Shown here one piece after another: positions 7,599 to 14,563 of a DNA stretch of 45,368 bases. Where the stretch lies: the IMG/VR virus record IMGVR_UViG_3300029471_000005; one strand, given 5' to 3'. Each line of letters opens with the position of its first letter. The first letter of the stretch is position 1. The stretch is from a virus. Under the pieces are notes generated by a model. The model ran no database searches, had not been told where the DNA came from, and was given only the letters and a program-made list of their open reading frames with translations. The translations under genes were made by a program, and so were the position numbers.

Positions 7599-8375
7599 AT
7601 GGATGGAAATTTAACAGCATCAGACGTTGCTCTTTTGACCGGGAACAACAGAAATGATGGAATGTTTGGTGGAGATGGTGCATGGTGGCTTATCGTGCTT
7701 TTCTTGTTCGCATTCTGCGGATGGGAAAACAATGGCTGGGGCAATAACGGCAACGGCGGTGGATATGCAGCCACGGCGGCTACTCAGGCAGATATTCAGA
7801 GGGGATTTGACAATTCTGCAGTAATCAGCAAGCTTGACGGAATCAACAACGGTATCTGTGATGGATTCTACGCAGTAAACAACGGTATGCTTACCGGATT
7901 TAATGGAATCAACACCAACATCATGCAGACTGGTTTCGGCATTCAGCAGGCTATTAATGCTGACACTGTAGCAAATATGCAGAATACCAATGCACTCCAG
8001 GCACAGCTTGCAAACTGCTGCTGCGAAACCAGAGAAGCAATCCAGGGCATAAACTACAACATGGCACAGAATACCTGTGCATTGCAGAACACCATGAACA
8101 GTAACACAAGAGACATTATCGACAGCCAGAACGCCGGAACAAGGGCAATCCTTGATTACCTGTGCAACGAGAAGATATCCAATCTCCAGGCTGAAAATAA
8201 CGACCTCAGACGTGCCGCTTCTCAGGATCGCCAGAGTGCGCTTCTCACAACTGCAATGGCTTCTCAGACACAGCAGCTCATTAATGCAATCAATCCAGCA
8301 CCGATTCCGGCATATCAGGTTCCTAATCCGAACACATATTACGGATGCGGATGCAACACCGGATGTAATTGTTAA
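7599..8375 (+). CDS. Hypothetical N/Q/G-rich membrane protein with Cys-rich C-terminus
   Basis: AAGGAG RBS; TM-like AWWLIVLFLFAFCGW; CCC at LANCCCETRE; ends YYGCGCNTGCNC. Confidence 0.6.
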   Translation: MDGNLTASDVALLTGNNRNDGMFGGDGAWWLIVLFLFAFCGWENNGWGNNGNGGGYAATAATQADIQRGFDNSAVISKLDGINNGICDGFYAVNNGMLTGFNGINTNIMQTGFGIQQAINADTVANMQNTNALQAQLANCCCETREAIQGINYNMAQNTCALQNTMNSNTRDIIDSQNAGTRAILDYLCNEKISNLQAENNDLRRAASQDRQSALLTTAMASQTQQLINAINPAPIPAYQVPNPNTYYGCGCNTGCNC

Positions 8376-8438
8376 CAACTTCATATCGAGAGTATCTTTC
8401 GATTGATTCGGATGTCGGCTTATGCCGTATTACACAGA

Positions 8439-8466
8439 GGGGCAGGCTGAGGCCTGTCCTTTTGTG
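8439..8466 (+). terminator. Rho-independent terminator
   Basis: GGGGCAGGC-TGAG-GCCTGTCCT stem-loop followed by TTTGTG. Confidence 0.6.
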
Positions 8467-8485
8467 ATATGAAAGGAGTATTTTT

Positions 8486-8908
8486 ATGGCAGAATTTACA
8501 AATGTAGCTGCTCAGACTGTAGCAGCAAATGGAAACGTAGTATTTTCAAACACAGCAGTCAAAGGTTCTAACTGCATTCAACACAGGGAGGGAAGTGGAA
8601 TCATTACGCTGAGAGGACTTACTAACCAGTGCAAGGCTAGATTCTTCGTGGATTTTTCTGGTAATATCGCAATTCCAACAGGCGGTACTGTCGGAGCTAT
8701 TTCTCTGGCTATTGCAATCTCTGGCGAGCCTGTATTATCTTCACAGATGATTTCCACACCGGCAGCAGTAGACCAGTATAACAATGTGTCCTCTGGTATC
8801 TATATTGATGTACCTCGCGGATGTTGCGTTAATATCGCAGTAGAGAACACAAGCGATCAGGCTGTTTCTGTTGCGAACGCGAATATTGTTGTGACCAGAG
8901 AAGCATAG
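8486..8908 (+). CDS. BclA C-terminal-domain-like (C1q/TNF-like beta-sandwich) protein
   Basis: Pattern AQTVAANGNVVFSN...GIITL...FFVDFSGNI...ISLAIAISGEPV...NANIVVTREA resembles exosporium BclA C-terminal domains; AAGGAG RBS. Confidence 0.45.
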   Translation: MAEFTNVAAQTVAANGNVVFSNTAVKGSNCIQHREGSGIITLRGLTNQCKARFFVDFSGNIAIPTGGTVGAISLAIAISGEPVLSSQMISTPAAVDQYNNVSSGIYIDVPRGCCVNIAVENTSDQAVSVANANIVVTREA

Positions 8909-8919
8909 GAGGTGTGATT

Positions 8920-9474
8920 ATGAGAGACATTAAAGACTTATGTGCAAGAATTGAAGACGAACTGTCCAAAATCGCTGATAATGGACTGACCACTGGAAAT
9001 CTGGAAATGACATATAAGCTGATTGATATGTACAAAGATATCAAGAACACGCAGTACTGGGATAAGAAAGCGGAGTATTACAACGCTGTCCTTGATGAGA
9101 TGCGTGGCGACTACAATGACGATTACAGCGAACGTGGAAGAAAACGTGACAGTATGGGGAGATACAGCGCAAATGACGGCAGAATGATGCCAGATTACGA
9201 CAGAGGTAGTTCTTATGCCAGGCGCGGTGAACATTATGTAAGAGGGCATTACAGCCGTTCTGACGGGCGAGACGCTTACGATGATTATATGACGCAGAAA
9301 CAGAGCTATCGTTCCGGCAAGTCTGAGGACTGCAAGAGGAAGATGCTTGCCGCTCTGGAAGAACATCTGGACGAACTTACAACAGAAATGAGCGATATGT
9401 CCAAGGATGCAGAGTGCCGGGAAGAACGTGATCTTGTCAAGAGATACGTGGAAAAACTTCGGGATATGCTCTAA
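8920..9474 (+). CDS. Hypothetical R/D/Y/S-rich protein with helical ends
   Basis: AGGAGG lies 7 nt before ATG 8920; central low-complexity tract RGRKRDSMGRYSANDGRMMPDYDRGSSYARRGEHY. Confidence 0.6.
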   Translation: MRDIKDLCARIEDELSKIADNGLTTGNLEMTYKLIDMYKDIKNTQYWDKKAEYYNAVLDEMRGDYNDDYSERGRKRDSMGRYSANDGRMMPDYDRGSSYARRGEHYVRGHYSRSDGRDAYDDYMTQKQSYRSGKSEDCKRKMLAALEEHLDELTTEMSDMSKDAECREERDLVKRYVEKLRDML

Positions 9475-9512
9475 AAACGCAAAAAGTGGTAGAGAGGTAG
9501 TTAAAATAAATC

Positions 9513-9521
9513 TGTTATAAT
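9513..9521 (+). promoter_or_regulatory. Extended -10 promoter element TGTTATAAT
   Basis: TGnTATAAT match; the same 9-mer precedes the endolysin gene at 25111-25119; lies ~80 nt upstream of the tRNA-like cluster. Confidence 0.4.
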
Positions 9522-9598
9522 GTAATTGTGCAGCAGGAAGCACAACGGTTGTTTTAACATTTTCGTTTTAATCCTCCTTTCTTTAATTTAGTAGCTGG

Positions 9599-9648
9599 TG
9601 CGCACGCTTTAATGGAAAGTTAAACAGGTTCGAGTCCTGTCGTGCGTA
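9599..9648 (+). ncRNA. Truncated tRNA-like element (acceptor stem, D-like hairpin and T arm; no anticodon arm)
   Basis: TGCGCACG pairs with CGTGCGTA; T arm ACAGG-TTCGAGT-CCTGT; only 17 nt (CTTTAATGGAAAGTTAA) lie between them. Confidence 0.45.
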
Positions 9649-9796
9649 TTTGCCGTCTGGCACACAAGATGGCATACCTCCTTGATTAAGGTTTTTGTTA
9701 TTCATACTTTTCTTAAAAAAAGAAATAAATATCCGAAACAACTCGTGGTAGGCATAACACGTTAAATACCTTGCTAATCCGGGGATCCGGGTTATG

Positions 9797-9865
9797 TGGA
9801 ATGTACGTTAATGGTAGACTGACAGGGTCGCGCCCTGGGTTCCGGTTCGATTCCGGGCGTTCCGC
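9797..9865 (+). ncRNA. Aberrant tRNA-like element (possible anticodon CGC; shortened variable region)
   Basis: Acceptor TGGAATG/CGTTCCG with two G-U pairs; D loop AATGGTA; T arm TCCGG-TTCGATT-CCGGG; the anticodon arm and variable loop do not fit the canonical lengths. Confidence 0.4.
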
Positions 9866-9994
9866 TTTGATTTGGTTAAAATTATGCTGTTTGTTTGCAG
9901 GCGGTCTATGATTTGGCTGAATCACAACATCATGATGCTGTAAAGGTTATGTCTTATCCTGTAGACTAATGTTTAGTCCGAAAAGGCACTTCAA

Positions 9995-10078
9995 TGTGGC
10001 TTCGCCAAGTGGTAAGGCACCGGGCTTTGACCCCGAGAGAGGAACACTCATTCATTGGTTCGAATCCAATAGCCACAG
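9995..10078 (+). tRNA. tRNA-Gln(UUG)-like gene with a ~12-nt expansion of the variable region
   Basis: Acceptor TGTGGCT/AGCCACA (U1-A72) with discriminator G; TCGCCAAGTGGTAAGGCA D arm; anticodon loop CTTTGAC; T arm ATTGG-TTCGAAT-CCAAT; 17 nt lie between the anticodon stem and the T stem. Confidence 0.65.
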
Positions 10079-10156
10079 TTACCCTGTCAGTGGTCTAACT
10101 GGCTTAATCCATTTTACCTGCGGCGGCAGGTCAATAAACACGACCAGGAGGATGTT

Positions 10157-10789
10157 ATGCAGAAACTTATTGACACACTTAAATCATTTGGAATTGAAAT
10201 CCCGGAGGACAAGCAGGCAGATGTGAAGAAAGCACTCTCTGAGCATTACAAGAACGCAAAAGAAGTAGCGAAAACTCTGTCGAAAGTTGAGGGTGAACGT
10301 GATGACTGGAAAGAACGTGCTGAGACAGCAGAGGAAACCTTAAAAGGCTTTGATGGTATCGACCCGGCAAATGTTAAGACCGAATTAGAGACCTGGAAAC
10401 AGAAAGCGGCAGATGCAGAGAAAGAGTTTAATGCAAAAATCTATGACCGCGATTTTTCAGATGCACTTAAAACAGCACTTGATGATGTTAAATTTTCCAG
10501 TGAGGCTGCAAAGAAGTCTGTTATGGCAGACATCAAAGGAGCAGGATTGAAGCTGAAAGACGGTAAAATCCTTGGACTGAATGATCTGATTGAGCAGATG
10601 AAACAGTCTGACGCATCCGCTTTTGTGGATGAATCTCAGCAGCAGGCTCAGCAAAGTCAGGCAAGATTTACCACTCACATTGGGCAGCAGCGGACACCGG
10701 GAAGTATGACAAAGAAGGACATCGAAGCAATCAAAGACCCGTCCGAGAGACAGGCTGCAATTGCTCAGAATATCCAGTTATTCCAGTGA
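10157..10789 (+). CDS. Scaffolding protein
   Basis: 210 aa, highly charged and helical, immediately upstream of the major capsid gene; AGGAGG RBS. Confidence 0.65.
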   Translation: MQKLIDTLKSFGIEIPEDKQADVKKALSEHYKNAKEVAKTLSKVEGERDDWKERAETAEETLKGFDGIDPANVKTELETWKQKAADAEKEFNAKIYDRDFSDALKTALDDVKFSSEAAKKSVMADIKGAGLKLKDGKILGLNDLIEQMKQSDASAFVDESQQQAQQSQARFTTHIGQQRTPGSMTKKDIEAIKDPSERQAAIAQNIQLFQ

Positions 10790-10799
10790 TTTTTTACAC

Positions 10800-10865
10800 C
10801 GACTATACACCAGAGTATAGCCGCTAACCCAATACCTTAACAATTATGGGCAGAAAGGATTTTTT
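10800..10865 (+). promoter_or_regulatory. Structured leader, copy A (hairpin, CTAACC, GGCAGAAAGGA RBS)
   Basis: Stem CGACTATAC/GTATAGCCG at 10800-10823; CTAACC at 10824-10829; GGGCAGAAAGGA at 10848-10859; homologous to 14494-14563. Confidence 0.55.
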
Positions 10866-12035
10866 ATGGCAGCAAAAGCTAATCTTATTATGACAAATGA
10901 TATTCAGGTAACGGCACGTGAGATTGACTTCGTTACCAGATTCGAGAGAAACTGGGAACACTTACGTGATATTCTGGGCATCATGAGACCTATCAAAAAA
11001 CAGCCGGGTGCTGTACTCAAGTCCAAATACGCAGAGGGTACTTTGCAGAGCGGAAATGTTGGTGAGGGTGAGGAAATCCCTTACAGCAAGTTTACTGTAA
11101 AAGAAAAGACCTATGCGGAAATGACTATTGAAAAGTACGCAAAGGCTGTATCTATCGAAGCAATCAAGGATCACGGTTATGAGAACGCTGTTCAGATGAC
11201 TGATGATGAATTCCTTTTCCAGCTTCAGACTGACGTTACCGGCAGATTCTATGATTATCTGAAAACCGGTACACTTACTTCCACAGAAACTACATTCCAG
11301 ATGGCTCTGGCAATGGCTAAAGGCCGTGTAGAAAACAAATTCAAGCAGATGCACAGAAATGTGACTGGCGCCGTTGGATTTGTGAACATTCTGGACGTAT
11401 ATGAATACCTCGGAGCAGCTGAGATCACTATTCAGAACCAGTTCGGATTCCAGTATATGAAGGACTTCATGGGATTTAACACAATCTTCTTACTGTCTGA
11501 CAGCGAAATCCCGAGAGGACAGGTTATTGCCACCCCCGTTGAGAACATCGTGCTTTACTATGTAGACCCGAATGAATCTGACTTTGCGAGAGCTGGTCTG
11601 GTGTATACCGTTTCCGGCGAAACAAACCTGATCGGATTCCATACACAGGGTAACTACCACACAGCAGTGTCCGAAGCGTTCGCAGTTATGGGACTGACTC
11701 TTTTTGCAGAATACATTGATGCAATCGCAGTAATCACCATTGATGAAACACCAACGCTTGGCACTTTGACAGTAACATCTGCGGCTGGAACAGCAAGTGG
11801 CGATACAAAAATCACTGTAAATCCGGCTAAGGAAAATGCCAACAACGTATATAAATACAAAGTTGCAGCAGAAGCAGTAACTGTCGGATATGGACAGAAT
11901 CTCAGAAACTGGACTACATGGGACGGAAAAGCTGACATTAAGGCAGCAACCGGACAGAAGATTACAGTGGTTGAGTGCGATGGAACATACAAGGCACTGA
12001 ACGCCGGAAGTACAAGCGTAACAGTGAAATCATAA
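10866..12035 (+). CDS. Major capsid protein with C-terminal Ig-like extension
   Basis: 389 aa after the scaffold gene; C-terminal ~100 aa (TLTVTSAAGTASGDTKITVNP...STSVTVKS) resembles a bacterial Ig-like domain. Confidence 0.8.
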   Translation: MAAKANLIMTNDIQVTAREIDFVTRFERNWEHLRDILGIMRPIKKQPGAVLKSKYAEGTLQSGNVGEGEEIPYSKFTVKEKTYAEMTIEKYAKAVSIEAIKDHGYENAVQMTDDEFLFQLQTDVTGRFYDYLKTGTLTSTETTFQMALAMAKGRVENKFKQMHRNVTGAVGFVNILDVYEYLGAAEITIQNQFGFQYMKDFMGFNTIFLLSDSEIPRGQVIATPVENIVLYYVDPNESDFARAGLVYTVSGETNLIGFHTQGNYHTAVSEAFAVMGLTLFAEYIDAIAVITIDETPTLGTLTVTSAAGTASGDTKITVNPAKENANNVYKYKVAAEAVTVGYGQNLRNWTTWDGKADIKAATGQKITVVECDGTYKALNAGSTSVTVKS

Positions 12036-12053
12036 ATGTAGGAGGTATCTGGA

Positions 12054-12548
12054 ATGGCTTATGCAGATTATAAATTCTATACAGAATCATTCGGCAATGT
12101 CGTGCCAGAAACCGACTTTCCACGACTGGCAGAAAGAGCCAGTGATTTTGTAGATACAATGACGTTTGACAGGTTGGTGGATGGACTGCCGACGAATGAG
12201 CGCTCTCAGAAACGCATCAAAAAGGCGGTCTGTTCATTGGCTGAATTAATGTATCAAATTGAGCTTGCTGAAAAGAATGCTATCAATTCCGCTGTGAGCG
12301 GTATGTCAACCGCAATCGGGTCTGGTGGTAGCACGACAGGCGTTGTAACATCTGTATCATCTGGCAGTGAATCCATCTCTTACGCAACGCCACAGCAGAA
12401 AGCATCAGGTGCAAAGGAATGGAGCGCAGTGTATGCCGCCGCCGGAGATGTACAGAAAACGAATGACTTACTTCTTAAGACAGCTTTACCATTGTTGATG
12501 GGGGTAAGGACGGATGATGGGATACCAATTTTATATGCAGGAGTGTGA
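12054..12548 (+). CDS. Head-tail adaptor/connector protein
   Basis: Lies directly after the capsid gene; N-terminus YADYKFYTESFG...FPRLAERASDFVD is typical of gp6/gp15-like adaptors. Confidence 0.55.
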   Translation: MAYADYKFYTESFGNVVPETDFPRLAERASDFVDTMTFDRLVDGLPTNERSQKRIKKAVCSLAELMYQIELAEKNAINSAVSGMSTAIGSGGSTTGVVTSVSSGSESISYATPQQKASGAKEWSAVYAAAGDVQKTNDLLLKTALPLLMGVRTDDGIPILYAGV

Positions 12549-12553
12549 TAGAT

Positions 12554-12754
12554 ATGAGTTTTAGAGAAGCATGGTTTCAGCTTTTAAATGGCAAAAAAAT
12601 TAAGCTCCCATCTTGGAGCGGATATTGGGCATGGGAAGACAATACGATCAAAATGCATTGTAAGGACGGTAAAGTGCTGGATATCAGAGAGACTGATAAT
12701 GTGGCGTATACGTTTTCTAATGTTGCATCGCATGATTGGGAGGTAGTTGAATAA
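12554..12754 (+). CDS. DUF2829-like small protein (the family that includes Tad2)
   Basis: MSFREAWFQLLNGKKIKLPSWSG at the N-terminus and SHDWEVVE at the C-terminus match the DUF2829 pattern; ATG 12554 follows GCAGGAG. Confidence 0.5.
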   Translation: MSFREAWFQLLNGKKIKLPSWSGYWAWEDNTIKMHCKDGKVLDIRETDNVAYTFSNVASHDWEVVE

Positions 12755-13023
12755 TGGACATTTCAACATTAGGCTCATGTATAGCAATCGTTATGATCTG
12801 CTACATCGTAGGAATGGGCTGCAAAGCATCAAAAAGAATCTCTGATGAATGGATTCCAGTAATCATGGCGGTTATTGGTGGAATTCTCGGAGCGGTCGGA
12901 ATGGGAATTATCCCGGATTTCCCGGCAACGGATTATATCACGGCAGTTGCAGTCGGTATGTTTAATGGACTGTCGGCCACTGGTGTGAATCAGGTTATTA
13001 AACAGACAGTGCAGAAAGAATAA
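12754..13023 (+). CDS. Holin, Hol118-like (Phage_holin_5-like), three TM segments
   Basis: SDEWIPVIMAVIGGILGAVG...AVAVGMFNGLSATGVNQVIKQ parallels Hol118 SKWLPTVSILIGAILGAL...AGGTGLFEQ; 89 aa. Confidence 0.6.
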   Translation: MDISTLGSCIAIVMICYIVGMGCKASKRISDEWIPVIMAVIGGILGAVGMGIIPDFPATDYITAVAVGMFNGLSATGVNQVIKQTVQKE

Positions 13024-13039
13024 TTAAGGAGAGGGTATC

Positions 13040-13501
13040 ATGTATTCATCTAAAATTACACTTTTCAACTATTACGAAAGTGCCACGACAGGAGATGCGT
13101 ACTGGTATCCTCATGTTTTATCTGGTGTCGACCTTATTACCGATAAAGGAGCAATCCTTAAGAAGTACGGACCAGATGCAACAGACAACGCACAGTTGCA
13201 CGTACGCTATACTGTCCAGAACGGTGATATAACCATTGCTGACAGGAATGGTAAGATTCTCCCATGGGTGCCACCTAAGGAGTGGAAAAGACAGATTAAC
13301 AATGCTCTGGAAGATACTATTACATTCTCAGAGGAATCGTTTTTCTGGGAGGGTGAGTGGACTGGTGGAACAGTCACTGATGGTGATTACAGAAATGGAT
13401 TCTATCAGTACATGAATGAGAATAAGGATAATGTGTTTAAGATTACCAGTGTTGGCGGTCCGTATACGCTGATTCCGCATTTTGAGATTCTAGGTAAGTG
13501 A
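13040..13501 (+). CDS. Head-tail joining (neck) protein
   Basis: Position between the adaptor and the tail tube; 153 aa; GGAGAGGG RBS. Confidence 0.45.
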   Translation: MYSSKITLFNYYESATTGDAYWYPHVLSGVDLITDKGAILKKYGPDATDNAQLHVRYTVQNGDITIADRNGKILPWVPPKEWKRQINNALEDTITFSEESFFWEGEWTGGTVTDGDYRNGFYQYMNENKDNVFKITSVGGPYTLIPHFEILGK

Positions 13502-13502
13502 T

Positions 13503-13994
13503 ATGAGTAAAATTCATCATTTCAAAGGATTCTCCGTAGTTGATGGAGATATGAAAATTAAACTGAATATGAACAGATTCTCCAGACAGTATCAAGAAGC
13601 TCAGTATCTCCTTGATGGAATGGTTATGGACAGTATGATTCCATTCATGCCAATGATCTCAGGAAATTTTATTAACCGTACAAGAGCAGAAAGTACATCT
13701 TTACAAGGCAGTGGAAAAGTATGTGCGGCGGCGGCTCCATACGGGCGCTTTCTGTATGAGGGTAAAACCATGGTTGACGAATCAACCGGAAGCCCTTATG
13801 CGAGACGTGGAGCAAAGAAAGTCCTTGTCAGTCAGTTCTCTGGTCGGACAGCTGCAAAGGAGAATCTTGAATACACCAAACAGGCACACCCACAAGCGCA
13901 AGCTAAATGGTTCGATGCCGCTAAACGACAATACGGTAGCACATGGATACGTAAAGTAAAAGCACAGGCAGGAGGCGGTAGACATGGCAGATAA
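13503..13994 (+). CDS. Neck / minor capsid family protein
   Basis: Position in the connector block; 163 aa. Confidence 0.45.
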   Translation: MSKIHHFKGFSVVDGDMKIKLNMNRFSRQYQEAQYLLDGMVMDSMIPFMPMISGNFINRTRAESTSLQGSGKVCAAAAPYGRFLYEGKTMVDESTGSPYARRGAKKVLVSQFSGRTAAKENLEYTKQAHPQAQAKWFDAAKRQYGSTWIRKVKAQAGGGRHGR

Positions 13995-14484
13995 ACCTAT
14001 CAGTAAAGATGCAACCGGATATGAAATTTTGACAGACGCCATGAAGGCACTTCTGAACCAGTATCCCGGGCTATACGAAAATGAAACAATCAAATTTGAG
14101 GAACTTGGCAAAGAATCCGGAATCGCTTTCTCAGCAGACAACGGAGCTTTAGTCTATTCGGAAAAAGAAGATGTATGTGGAGTAATGCATCAGGTATGCC
14201 AGTACCCATTTTATGTGGTTTACCGAACAGCATCTGACAAGGAACGACAGAAGTTATCTGTTCAGAAGTTCCTGGACAGTCTCGGCAAATGGATATGTCG
14301 AGAACCAGTTGTCATAAATGGCTCTGAGACACGTTTAAATGCGTTTCCCGAGCTTTCACAGGGGCGAGTGATAAAACGCATCACTCGTGACAACTCCTAT
14401 GGTTTAGAGCCACAGGAGAGTGGTGTGCAGGACTGGTTATTGCCATTGTCAGTGCGCTACGAAAACACTTATGAAGTAATATAA
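13984..14484 (+). CDS. Neck / tail-completion protein
   Basis: Position immediately upstream of the major tail gene; 166 aa; overlaps the upstream gene. Confidence 0.45.
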   Translation: MADKPISKDATGYEILTDAMKALLNQYPGLYENETIKFEELGKESGIAFSADNGALVYSEKEDVCGVMHQVCQYPFYVVYRTASDKERQKLSVQKFLDSLGKWICREPVVINGSETRLNAFPELSQGRVIKRITRDNSYGLEPQESGVQDWLLPLSVRYENTYEVI

Positions 14485-14493
14485 CGTAACAAC

Positions 14494-14563
14494 CGGCTAT
14501 CAGTTAGAGATAGTCGCTAACCTACACAGCCTTTTAAAAATGATAGGCAGAAAGGACATTTCT
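14494..14563 (+). promoter_or_regulatory. Structured leader, copy B (hairpin, CTAACC, GGCAGAAAGGA RBS)
   Basis: Stem CGGCTATC/GATAGTCG at 14494-14516; CTAACC at 14517-14522; GGCAGAAAGGA at 14546-14556; homologous to 10800-10865. Confidence 0.55.

Noticed and set aside
7620-8384. 254-aa minus-strand ORF fully overlapping the 7599-8375 gene
   Set aside because: It has no RBS. It runs opposite to the whole operon, and its sequence looks like a compositional shadow of the N/Q/G/A-rich plus-strand gene, which has a good AAGGAG RBS.
8938-9543. 201-aa minus-strand ORF antisense to 8920-9474
   Set aside because: It has a GTG start without an RBS and a hydrophobic, His/Cys/Phe-rich nonsense-like composition. 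The plus-strand gene has AGGAGG and fits the operon.
9713-10226. ORF-track entries 9713-9925 (minus strand) and 9969-10226 (plus strand) in the non-coding gap
   Set aside because: They have no RBS, overlap the tRNA-like elements and have odd compositions. The 10157 ATG with AGGAGG is the real start of the scaffold gene.
14540-14563. Upstream ATG 14540 as the start of the major tail protein
   Set aside because: It lies inside the conserved leader, which has a similar but out-of-frame ATG before the capsid gene. It also has no RBS. ATG 14564 follows the shared GGCAGAAAGGA RBS.
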